Part shown: positions 26,204-37,904 of the stretch, piece after piece | How positions within the stretch are numbered: position 1 is the first letter of the stretch | Layout: every line of letters starts with the position of its first letter | DNA from: Octopus sinensis | Lineage: Eukaryota | Reading direction: 5' to 3' | DNA: 64,000 bases | Assembly (NCBI RefSeq): GCF_006345805.1 | Contig: NC_043009.1 | Coordinates: 24,180,001-24,244,000 of the forward strand | Position numbers and translations under genes: made by a program | Notes under the pieces: model-generated | Database searches by the model: none | What the model was told of the DNA's origin: nothing | The model's input: the letters and a program-made list of their open reading frames with translations, nothing else

Positions 26204-27380
26204 ATGACAGGATGTATGGTGGGTAGCATGGATGTGGTATCCCTATACCCATCGATTGACGTAGATTTTGCGGTGGAGAAGTGCATGGAGATGATCAATG
26301 AGAGCCAAGTGGAGTTCCGTAATGTCAACACAGGGGAACTGGGCCTCCTACTTAGACTGACATGTAACAATGAATACCTAGATAAACATAATCGTAGTAG
26401 TTTCTGCCTCAGTAGATGTTTAAGAGGTAGAGCGCCCACAATTACTTTTATGGCTAGGAAGACATATATAGAAAGATCGCGCGGATGGACCAGAGACATA
26501 CGGAGCCCGCAAATGTCCATCAGGTAAAGAAAATGATCGCACATGCACTAGGAGCTAGTATAAGAGTTACCCTAAAAGGCCACACGTTTAAGTTTAACAA
26601 TAAAATATATGCTCAGGACGAGGGGGCAGCCATCGGCGTTAGTATTGCTGGTGATGTAGCCAACCTTTTCATGGTATGGTGGGACAGAAGGCTTAAAGAA
26701 CGCCTAACACAGAACTCCATACTCGTAAACATGTACTCTCGCTATGTTGATGATATCAACATAGTGGTAAAGGCACCCCCACAAGAGAGTACTGTTGATA
26801 TAGTAATAGAAACTAATACTATAGAGAGCATCCAGCATATAGCTAACTGCATCCACCAGAGTATTAAGGTCATAATAGACTACCCCACTAAACACCCCAA
26901 CCATAGACTACCAGTACTAGACACTGAACTCTGGCTAGAAATTGTGAATAATAAAACCCAAATTCTTTATTCATACTATGCCAAACCTATGGCCTCAAAA
27001 TACTTGATCCACCGGAACTCAGCTATTGCGGACGATGAAAAATTCAATATTTTGATGGCAGACCTCGTCAGAATAATGAGAAATGTGTCACGCATGTGTG
27101 AGCCTACAGAGTTAAAGAGACACATACAATATTTCATTTACCGCATGCAGTTCTCAGGTTACAGCCATAAAGAAAGGATCAGAGTATACAAAGGAGCCAT
27201 GAAAAAATTTGATGATATATTATGTAATGATAGGAATGGGATTTGCCCACTCTATAGGAACAAGTCATTGAACACTATAGAAAGGACAAAAAAGAAAATA
27301 GGGAAGGCCAACTCTTGGTATGATAGCCATAAATACCAGAGTGTCATGTTCGTTGACACCACCCCTGCATGTGGCCTATG
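26204..27380 (+). pseudogene. Penelope-like element RT, frameshifted
   Basis: MDVVSLYPSID, YAQDEGAAIGVSIAGDVANLFM, YSRYVDDI, LPVLD, YYAKPMASKYLIHRNSA motifs. Confidence 0.85.
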
Positions 27381-27599
27381 TAAGCTCATTCAGCGCACCA
27401 GGAACGGAGAGGTGGTATGCCTTCCCACAGATAAGTCCGGCAGGATGTCAATAGACAGCTTACCGAACTACATCCAGGCAATGCAACCTCATATCGCCAT
27501 ACAGTCCATAAAGTGCCGGGAAGCAAGCTTCTTGCCACATAGCCACTACAAAAACTATCAAACCGATTCATACCATATTACCAGTGACACCCACCTAAA

Positions 27600-28440
27600 A
27601 TCTGTCTAAGTTTGGTCCTAGTGAACTGTGCTTCCATATGGTCATTAGTATGTCTTGGGATGTAGACTCTTTTGTTGAAGGGTAATGTTGTTGGATAAAT
27701 CCGGCTTATGCAGTAAGATTTGTCACATACGTTGAAGAATTGAGTGTCAAAGGGGTGGGTATACATGTTAATGGCCTTTCTAGGGTTATCTTCATTATCG
27801 TTACTACTATTTCTGTCGTTACTGTAATTTGTCTGATTGTTGCATCTGTTCTATGTGTGGACAATATTTTAATTTCTATGTTGTTGATTGATCCTCCGTG
27901 TTCCTGTTCGGCGTGTTGGTACAGAATCGATGAGCTTTTACCTTCCTTGAGTTGTCTCCAATATTCATTTACCCGCTCTCCTATGCTTCTTGCCGTTTCC
28001 TCAACGTATGTCGTTGTCTTGTTACTGCATCGTCCCTCTATACATCTTATACTACAAAGATGTTTAAGAGGTAGACCGCCCACAATTACTTCTATGGCTA
28101 GGAAGACACATATAGAAAGATGGCGTGGATGGACCAGTTTTTAAAATTATATATATATAATTGCGGTTAGTGTTTTTCGCGTTGTTGTTGTTGTTGTTCG
28201 TATTGTTGTTGTTGTCGCAAGTGTTGTCATTGTATCTATTTAAATTCCAACGTATTTTTGTGAACGACTTTTCAATCTCGGAGAGGCATTTGATGGTATT
28301 CACCTTACTATACATTGCATACTTTGGTGGTAGTTGAAGTATCGATATTTCGTCTGGGTCCGATGTTACTCCCCCATAGATGTTCGCTTCATTGTCTTTA
28401 TTGAACTCTTCTGGTAGTAGGACATCTTCCATAATAATTC
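27600..28440 (-). pseudogene. Scrambled PLE pieces: GIY-YIG endonuclease and N-terminal domain
   Basis: IRC..GRC..TTYVEETARSIGERVNEY (GIY-YIG); ILQLPPKYAMY...EIEKSFTKIRW (PLE N-terminal motif). Confidence 0.75.
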
Positions 28441-28945
28441 CATTTATTGTATCTGGATACTTCTGCTTTTCTTCCTTTGCGAGCTCATATTGATGTTTCT
28501 ATTTCAACCACGATAACTTCCTCTTAAAATGGATATTGCACTGGTGTATTAATTGTCTGTTTTCTTCATATATTATATCCATTAGTATGGTTTTCTCCTT
28601 TCGTTTCACCTTTGTTTCACTTTATTTTAAAAAAGATTTTCAAAAGTAAAATGTAAGGCTTTGTGTAGCCTTTGTGGTGTTAAAACAATGATTAATGTAG
28701 ATGTATAAAAATACAGTGATAGAGTCTTTGACAGTGATAAGAAAATGTTTAGAAGGGCATTTGTTTAAACAGCTTACATAAAAGCGCTCAAAGTAGGTAG
28801 TAAAATAGATTCATAATTGTTTATAAGTTCATCAAGAATCATGATTGTATATAAGCATATATACAGAAAGAATTTGTAGATAGTATTTGATAGAAGAAGC
28901 GTGTATTGCTTTGTCAAAACTTCAACATATATGTATATATTCTTT

Positions 28946-29004
<59 letters not shown>

Positions 29005-29187
29005 ATGTATATATAATAAATATTAGGGAATGAATCCAAAATTACAGGGAAAAATCAGATTTAGGGTTAAATCCAATTTTATAGTAAAATATTATATAAT
29101 ATAATTCGAGACAAAACCACTATTTTAAAATCAAACAAGGAAAGACTTAATCAATACATAAAATTTTAATATAAATTAAATAAACCG

Positions 29188-29231
29188 CCACTACAATTGT
29201 TTCCTGTCTTCTACTGACATTCTTCAGGTGG
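29188..29231 (-). ncRNA. Minimal type-I hammerhead motif (C3-G8)
   Basis: CCAC-CTGAAGA-A-TGTC-AGTAGAA-GACA-G-GAAAC-AATT-GTA-GTGG. Confidence 0.75.
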
Positions 29232-29285
29232 ATTTTCGATCTTCTAATCAGTATCAAATTTGATACTGATTAGAAGATCGAAAAT

Positions 29286-29329
29286 CCGCCTGAAGAATGT
29301 CAGTAGAAGACAGGAAACAATTGTAGTGG
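29286..29329 (+). ncRNA. Minimal type-I hammerhead motif (C3-G8)
   Basis: CCGC-CTGAAGA-A-TGTC-AGTAGAA-GACA-G-GAAAC-AATT-GTA-GTGG; stem III is the palindrome ACAATTGT. Confidence 0.75.
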
Positions 29330-29427
29330 CGGTTTATTTAATTTATATTAAAATTTTATGTATTGATTAAGTCTTTCCTTGTTTGATTTTAAAATAGTGG
29401 TTTTGTCTCGAATTATATTATATGTAT

Positions 29428-29498
<71 letters not shown>

Positions 29499-29554
29499 AT
29501 ATATGTATGTATCTATCCTTTTATTATACACAAACATGCACACATTTATATATT

Positions 29555-29602
29555 TTTTTCTAGTTTCAGCTCAGAGTTGCGGCCATGCTGATGCACCGCC
29601 AT
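29555..29602 (-). mobile_element. Extreme 3' tail of the CR1/L2-group LINE
   Basis: Reverse complement AAATGGCGGTGCATCAGCATGGCCGCAACTCTGAGCTGAAACTAG matches 13912-13958. Confidence 0.75.
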
Positions 29603-29908
29603 TTATATTATATATTATAAATAAATATATATATATATAATACTACAAAATTAGAAAATGGAGAAACATACTTAAATCAATAAAACATCAACTATCAGAT
29701 GATACCCAATCAATACTTTATTACACCATTACATATCAGTAAAGGCATTATACAAAATATACAGTAAATGTACAGTAAATGTAAATAGACAAAGAGATAT
29801 AAGTATAAAATTTCAAATATTAGTCTTGTTGGGTACCTATCTAGCAGTATATTGGATATATGTTATCCCATGGTGGGTTGAATTTTCAACCCCTATCTCA
29901 TTTTATAA

Positions 29909-29950
<42 letters not shown>

Positions 29951-30964
29951 TTTATTCTTTCCTCCCAGTTTATATATATATATAAACTGGGAGGAAAGAG
30001 ACGGAACGAAGTGAGAATTCGAAAAGTCGAAAATTCAAACGAACCCGACGCGAAGCGCTGTTAGACAATAGTGTAATAAATAAAATATATGCATACATAC
30101 AAACATATATGTACGTACCGACATCTACATGTATATATACATGCATATATAAATATATATACGTACAGGACACCACAAGAAGACGTAAAAATCAACAGAA
30201 ACGAAATCGGAAAAGCCATTTTGTTACAACAGAAGGACAGAGACGTGGAACAAGACGAAATCGAAAACGGGAAAAACAATTATGTAAAACAGAAAAATGA
30301 AGTACAGGACATGCTGCACAAGGAAAAATCCCCTTCATCAGCTGTCGCTAGCAGACATAGCGTGTTTCGAAGGCAAGACAGGACACGTCTGTCATGCTAG
30401 GCCTTCCGACGAGAGAATTAAAATAAAATAACCTCGTAGAGGGTTAAAACGAGCAAGAAAAAATGTAACACAAAAAGGGACGTAACAAAGAACTGCACAA
30501 AAAAATATAAGAAAAACATAAAGATACATGTACAAGAAATTACAAAACGAGAATTAAATTACAATACGAGAAATCAAAATAAACAAGAGAACAAACAGAA
30601 AAGACGAACGAAGGCCTTTGTTCTGGCGGGGACGAGAAGGTAACTGGCGAGCGCTGGGAAACATGACCTTAGGGCCTGAATGCAACGCGTCACCCTTCTC
30701 TCTAGCCGCGTGTCTTCCTCTATCTGTCTCTCTCTCTCTCTCCCACTCCTCCTCACTTTCGTCACTGCTAATCCTTTCGCCTGTTGCATTATGTACATAT
30801 GTGTATATATAGACCACACACATATATGCATGTGTGTGTATATATTTAAATACACATTTATATGTTTTATATATATATGTATATATACATATGTATATAT
30901 AAATACATAAATATATATATATGTATATATATATATTACACTATACATATATATATATATATGT

Positions 30965-31312
30965 TTTTATTCTTTTACTAGTTTCAGTCACTTGACTGCG
31001 GCCATGCTGGAGCACCGACTTTAGTCGAACAAATATGACCCCAGGACTTATTCTTTGTAAGGCTAGTACTTATTCTATTGGTCGCATTTGCCGAACTGCT
31101 AAGTTAAGCGGACATAAACACACCAACAGCGGTTGTCAAGTGATGGTTTGGGGACAAACACAGACACATAGATACACACACACACACATACGACAGTTTG
31201 TTTTGAAGTCACACCTTCCAAACCGACTGAAAGCTTTGGTCGGCTCGAGGCTACAGTGTAGAAGACACTTGCCCAAAGTGCCGGGAAGCAAGCTTCTTGC
31301 CACATAGCCACT
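30965..31312 (-). mobile_element. SINE family B with head deletion
   Basis: Tail GTTTCAGTCACTTGACTGCGGCCATGCTGGAGCACCG. Confidence 0.8.
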
Positions 31313-32439
31313 ACATAAACTATCAAACCCATTCATATCATATTACCAGTAACACTCACGATACTGAACGAATATTATACGCATTCTGTACTGCAATGGT
31401 CACCAGAGATATTTGTTAAAAAGTGTTGAATTGTTTATTGTACCGCCATTTTTTATTCACTGATAATTTTTTTCCCACAGACTATGTTTCAAATTATATT
31501 CTATAAGCCTTAAAGGATTCCTTTTCTTAAAAGTTATTTTATGGGGAGCAGCACTCCAGTAATGAGGATGACTGCGATTTGCACTCTTACCAGATTTAAC
31601 CGCAGGTTCTACTGATATAAATTGAAAATCGTCTAAGAAATACAGAGAGACGCCGTGTACTATGCAATTCTTAAAGTTCTAATAATGTAGTTTAAACCAC
31701 AGTGATTTAAGGCTCCATAAAAGAGAAAAGAAAGCGTCAACAATGGCAGCCAATGGTGACTCTCATGGTAAGTAAAGTGTTGCTTATATGGGCACTACTT
31801 TTGAAATTCACTAAAATATGACATTTTAAAAATATGGCGACAGTAGCGAGATAAAGGGAAATAATCTAAAGCTAGCAAGCAATAAATGATTAGAGTACAT
31901 TTGATGTAGGCCATTTTTATGTGTCTTAAATTGGAAACGCTTGAATGTTACAGGCCCAGATATTATATGTGGCAGTTAGAGTATAGGTGTTTCTGTCAAA
32001 AAAAAAATATATATATAAACGTAAAAAACAAAACAAGCATCTATCTTAAATTATAAAGATCTCTGCTCGGAGTCAGTAAATAGTGAATATGTTTCAGTTC
32101 CCAGGTGAGACTGCTTCAGTTTACATAAATCGATATGAAACTGAGGGAAAAAATTGAATGTCTGAGCATTTCCATTTCATGTTATCAATAAATATAAGAT
32201 CGTTCTGTTTAGATACATGGACCATACATATGTGTGTGTGTGTGTGTGTGTGTGCGTGTGCGTGTGTGTGAATTCGTATATGTATATATACATATATATT
32301 TATGTACATATGTGTATATATAGACCACACACATATATGCATGTGTGTGTATATATTTAAATACACATATATATGTTTTATATATATATGTATATATACA
32401 TATGTATATATAAATATATAAATATATATATATGTATAT

Positions 32440-32494
32440 AAAATGGCGGTGCCCCAGCATGGCCACAGCTCGTGAGCTGAAACTAGAATCAATC
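32440..32494 (+). mobile_element. Extreme 3' tail of the CR1/L2-group LINE
   Basis: AAATGGCGGTGCCCCAGCATGGCCACAGCTCGTGAGCTGAAACTAGAATCAATC. Confidence 0.8.
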
Positions 32495-32501
32495 ATATAT
32501 A

Positions 32502-33758
32502 TATCATGTTATTTAGAATGAAATGTCCGATTTTCCTATGCACCAAGTTTGACAGAGGTTAACTCTAATGTTTTATCCTGACAATTCTTTGTTTTAGAAC
32601 GTTGAAGAGTTATATAATCGCTCTTCAAAATGCAATTCATGGTGTCTGGTCATCTTGTGAGTTTCCTCTTGTAAATCAATTTTTGTGAACTCGCGGATAG
32701 ATCAAAAGTTCCTGTTGTTTATTAATATCAGTCCCATCGTGGGACCAATGCATCCTAAGCAGTTTGAAACATCAACGAGGTGTTTGGTGAAAATGTGGCG
32801 AATGAGCGCACTGTACGTCGATGGTTTGGGAAGCTCAAGTCTGGTGACTTTACTTTTGAAAATCAGTCCTTTGGTAGACCTGAGATCAATGTGCATAATG
32901 ATGAACGGGAAACCGTAGTGGAAACGGACACATATCAATCTACGCGTGAGATAGCAGCAAAGTTTGGTGTTTCGATTCCATCTGCATTGGACCATCTGAA
33001 ACAAATTGGCAAGGTAAAGAAGCTGGACAAGAGGGTACCACACGAACTGAACGAGCATCAAATGACACGTCGTCGTCTTGAAACATATTGTTCATTTCTT
33101 TTACGGCATAAAAGCGAGCCATTTTTGCATCGTATTGTTACGTGTGATAAAAAATGGATTCTTTTCAACAATAGTAACCGTTCTGCACGGTGGTTGGATA
33201 GAAACGAAGTGCCAAAACAAAATCCTAAAAATAATATTCACCAAAGAAGCTAATGGTGTCTGTTTGGTGGTCCAGCACCAGTGTCATCCACTACAGCTTC
33301 ATGAGACCAGGTATGCCAATTACAGCGGTTGTATATATCAACCAACAGGATAAGATGATGAGTGAACTTGCAATTAAACAATCAAAATTGGTCAACAGAG
33401 ACAGGCCAATTCTATTGCAAGACAATTCTTGAGCACTAGTCGCACAAAGAACGCTACTCAAATTACAGGAACTGAAATTGGAAGTACTCTATAATCCACC
33501 ATATCAACCAGATCTTGTACCAACTAACTATCACGTTTTTCAGATATTTTTGCAAGGACAAGTTGCAAAAACAGTCTTTCGAGATTTCATCACTTCTTGA
33601 TCTCCTGAATTTTTCGCTACCGGTATAAACAAGCTACCAATAAAATGGCAAAATTGTGTTGATAATTTAGAAGCATACTTTGATTAACTGCATTGCTTTT
33701 TCTTGATAACATAAACTTTCAGTTAAATATCGGACGTTTCATTCTCAAGGATCTGATA
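32502..33758 (+). mobile_element. Mariner (Tc1/mariner, DD34D-type) transposon, near full length, inactivated
   Basis: RTVRRWFGKLKSGDF, KRVPHEL (WVPHEL), IVTCDKKW, LLQDN, PPYQPDLVPTNY (YSPDLAP); imperfect TIRs AGAATGAAA(T/C)GTCCGAT in TA context; frameshifts and stops. Confidence 0.9.
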
Positions 33759-33857
33759 TATATATATATATATATATAGATTGATACATACATACAAACA
33801 CACACACGCACACAGACATATACACATACATACACACACACATATATATATGTATAT

Positions 33858-33922
<65 letters not shown>

Positions 33923-33924
33923 AG

Positions 33925-34058
33925 CGTAAAAGACTTCTCATTTTCCCGAGTGTTAAACTAATACACCTGTTTGTTGTTCATACACTTGTCTTCGTCTTTT
34001 GTTTTTCTGTAAATTTCTTATATATATATTGTTTTTCTGTAAATTCTTATATATATAT

Positions 34059-34094
<36 letters not shown>

Positions 34095-34220
34095 AGAAAT
34101 TTACAGAAAAACAAAAGACGAAGACAAGTGTATGAACAACAAACAGGTGTATTAGTTTAACACTCGGGAAAATGAGAAAGTCTTTTACGTTTTGCGCTAA
34201 CACTCTTCAACAGAAAGGAA
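33925..34220. mobile_element. Tail-to-tail inverted pLTR-like element around (TA)n, family P4
   Basis: 33925-34020 mirrors 34092-34189. Confidence 0.8.
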
Positions 34221-34297
34221 TAAGAGGAAATAAGCAGAGAGAGAATAAAAAAAAATGTGGATTTACCGATCAGACATGGCGATTTATATATATATAT

Positions 34298-34691
34298 ACT
34301 AGCAGTATCGCCCGGCGTTGCTCGAGTTTGTAAGGGAAATAATTATATAAGCATTTTTAGAGATGTAAAGTATAATAGTCATCTCAATATGGCTAACCAC
34401 AAAGGGGGAGGGGTGTTACTGTAGCTTTTTACGTTCTGAGATTTAATAATAAATTTTAGAGAGTTACTTCCCTTATATATGTCAAAAATGGATTAACAAT
34501 GGGAAAAATTGATGGTAAATTTTTTTTAAATCGTAGACTCATCGTAGACGCGCGCTAATACCCAGACGGTCTCGATATGAATCACGACTATAAGATACCC
34601 GGTTTTGGTTAAACTGCACCGCAAAATGTGGGAGTAGTTAGGAATCTAAATCGTAGGAGACAGACACAACCTCACTTTTATATATAAAGAT
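34298..34691 (+). mobile_element. Non-autonomous Helentron/Helitron-like element
   Basis: 5' ACTAGCAGTATCGCCCGGCGTTGCTC, 3' CTTTTATATATATAAAGAT; second copy at 37905. Confidence 0.65.
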
Positions 34692-34787
34692 TTCCTCTAT
34701 TTACATAATATTGAGGTCTCTTTCTTTCTTTTGTTATCTTACTGTTTTTACCAATATACATATATATACATATATAATATATATATA

Positions 34788-35110
34788 GTTACAGAGATGT
34801 ACTTGCATAGCAAGTGACTTGATCTGAGATCGTGTGCTGGAACGAAAACAGTTGCAGCGTTGAAGGTGTTTATAAGCCATTTAAGAAACACACAAAAACC
34901 GTTAGATTCACTTCAACATTTAAATTTAATTTGTCAAAATATTTTCGTCGCTTTGAGACCGCGACCTGTTAGCACGATATTTTTGTCAGTGAACAGGTCG
35001 CGGTCTCAAAGCGACGAAAATATTTTGGCAAATTAAATTTAAATGTTGAAGTGAATGTAACGGTTTTTGTGTGTTTCTTAAATGGCTTACAAACACCTTC
35101 CACGCTGCAA
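34788..35110. mobile_element. Family P1 palindrome with G3-C8 hammerhead at 34982-35032 (+)
   Basis: TTTGTCA GTGAACA G GTCGC GGTCTCAAA GCGAC GAAAATATTT TGGCAAA; followed by a SINE B tail (35150-35400). Confidence 0.8.
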
Positions 35111-35474
35111 TATATATATACACACATATATATATATGTATGTATGTATGTATGTGTGTATATGTGTATGCATGTATGTGTGTGTGTGTGCGTGTCTGTG
35201 CTTGTGATTGTCCTCCACCACTGCTTGACAACGAATGTTGGTTGTTTACATCCCTGTCACCTAGTGGTTTGACAAAGGAAACAGATAGAATAAGTACAAT
35301 GCTTACAAAAATAAAACTGGAGTTGATTCATTAAACTACAATTCTTCAAGGCATTGCCCCAGCATGGCCACAGACCAATGGCTGGAAAAAGCAGAAGAAT
35401 AAAAGAATACATTCTCTGCTTTGGTCTTATGTTCAAGGCATGAGAAAGCTTGAGTTTACATGAGAAGGCCTAAC

Positions 35475-35740
35475 AGACCTGGTAGAAACAGCAGCCAAAT
35501 CTCCCTCAAATCACACCTTACTGTCTTATGTATGTATATATATATGAGCCAATGAGGGGGACCTCTACATGGTAGCTAGACCTGGTAGAAATAGCAGCCA
35601 AATTTCCCCCAAATCACACGTTACTGTCTTATCTATGTATATATGTATGAGCCTATGAGGGAGACCCCTACATGGCAGCTAGACATGGTAGAAATAGCAG
35701 CCAAATCTCCCTCAAATCACACCTTACTGTCTTATCTTTC
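35475..35740 (+). repeat. ~103-bp minisatellite, about 2.6 units
   Basis: AGAC(C/A)TGGTAGAAA at ~35475, 35578 and 35681. Confidence 0.85.
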
Positions 35741-36948
35741 TGCTACTTGGATATAGGTCTTATATTCATCGTAAAAATGATATATATATACACGGCAGGT
35801 TTTTTTCAGTTTCTGTTTTCATAACCACTTCTTACCATACACACACACACACACACACACACACATGGGGAGTGAAACGCAAACATCAATATCGGACTCT
35901 CATCAGATGGAGTACACTTCTTGTTTAGCTTTTTAAGCAGATGAATTTACTATATATATATATATATATTGACATATACAGACACACACGCATTCACATA
36001 CACCGGTGAAATGTCTATTTTAGTCATACAAATAGTTTACAGACGATTAATAGAAGACCCCTGGGAGTGAGACACCTCTTAGCATTTGTTAAAGCATGTC
36101 TCTAGGATAAGGTCACTCTGATATAAAACCAGAAATGTAGGGAATAGCTTTGAACATATTCGGGATATTTTACTTAAACGTGAGATCATGGCGTTCCCGC
36201 ATTCCTGAGCCGGCAATCCATATGTTTCCCTGGTTTGTCTCTGGATTATGTCAATACGGCGGAGGGGGGTCTGTGATGTGCTGTGCAAGCTTTATTGAAC
36301 GTAAAACATTCGGTTGTGCGATTAACGGTGAGGCGACTTTCCGAAGCCATGGTGAGTAGGAGTTCTCCACTGCGAGTATGGAAGCCGCAGGTGCAAACTC
36401 GAACGAAGGCTGAGACATCGGTCCTATCGAGAAAGTTTCTCCAACGCACTTTACATATTAGTGATGAAAAGCTGGAGACTGATGTGGATGCCAGCAGAGG
36501 CTGGTACTCTAATGTACCGACTCCAGCATTTGATTTGTACTTGGAAATATAAAAGTACTTATTTATACTTAAAATATTGCAGTTATAGTTAAAATTCAAA
36601 AATATATTTAGATTTAAAAACTAAGAATAATAGCTACTCTATAATTAAAAAATTCTCTATAACTCTATAACTCAAAAAATAATTTGAAGGCTGACTGTTC
36701 GCAAAAAATAAAAAAATTCAATAGTCCCATTAAAAATGTTTTTTTTTCAATTGCAAATTTTTAATAACTACTAAAATTCTTAAGTAGTTTTCAATTAAAA
36801 ATAAATCTTCTTGGCGATAGGCTACATAGCCATATGTTACGAAATGTCGCGTACAGATATGGGAGTATTTAAAAACTCGTAACTGAGGAAACATTTTTAA
36901 TAAGGCTATTGTAAAATTTCAAAATTTTGCTAACAGCTTTAAATTTAT

Positions 36949-37264
36949 TTACGGAGATGTATTCGCATAGCAAGTAATTTGATCTGAGATCGAGTGCTGA
37001 AACGAAAACAATTGCAGCGTGGAAGGTGTTTATAAGCCATTTAAGAAACACACAAAAGCCGTTCGATTCACTTCAACATTTAAGTTTAATTTGTCAAAAT
37101 ATTTTCGTCGCTAAAATCCGCGACCTGTTCACTGACAAAAATCCGTGCTGCGGATTTTAGCGACGAAAATATTTTGACAAATTAAACTTAAATGTTGAAG
37201 TGAATCGAACGGCTTTTGTGTGTTTCTTAAATGGCTTATAAACACTTTCCACGCTGCAATTGTT
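36949..37264. mobile_element. Family P1 palindrome with G3-C8 hammerhead at 37090-37139 (-)
   Basis: Reverse complement TTTGTCA GTGAACA G GTCGC GGATTTTA GCGAC GAAAATATTT TGACAAA. Confidence 0.8.
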
Positions 37265-37904
37265 TAAATTTATTATTTGAGTTAAAATTTTAATTGTAGA
37301 GTAGCTAATATAATGGTTTTTAAATATAAATATATTTATAAATTTTAACACTAGCTGCAATTTTCTAAGTATTCCAGGTGTAATAACTTAAGATTATTAA
37401 CCCCCATGTGTCACATTTTTCATTGTGATCCACTTTTTTCTAGGCAATCCAATTAAATGAATAAATAGTGAAAATTAATAATTTGTAATTTTACCTGATT
37501 AAAATTTATCTATTTCATTTAAGACTTTTGTTAAATAATTTTTTGATTATTGTTCATGTTTGATGATTAAATTAAAATAAGATTAAGTATAAATATAAAT
37601 AAACAAAAGAAATCAAATGTAAGAGCACTTTAATTACACTGGTTCATTACAAAATCGAAAATTCAGAGAAAAAGAGAAAAATAGAAGAAACCTCACTGTG
37701 ACACAAGGGAGCTAACCGTGTATATTCTATATGTTATAGTAGATTATATATAGTTTGATAATTTGGGAATGATATATAGTTGTTTTGAGCAATTGGAGTG
37801 TTTATTTACTCTACCTTTCAATTTATTTCTCCTTTCGCCTCGGTGTCACCTGAGCACTTCCAGCTGCAGTCCTCTTCTTCGGTTTAACGACGCAATATAT
37901 ATAT

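Larger units (their letters stand above)
29017..29423. mobile_element. Spacer-less palindromic PLE-pLTR-like element, family P3
   Basis: 29094-29258 mirrors 29259-29423 with about one mismatch; (TA)n flanks. Confidence 0.9.

Noticed and set aside
35475-35740. CRISPR-like repeat array
   Set aside because: Eukaryotic context and whole units repeat, with no unique spacers
36060-36560. GC-richer island with 70-117 aa ORFs as a possible exon
   Set aside because: No recognisable motif or convincing splice context; probably an old repeat
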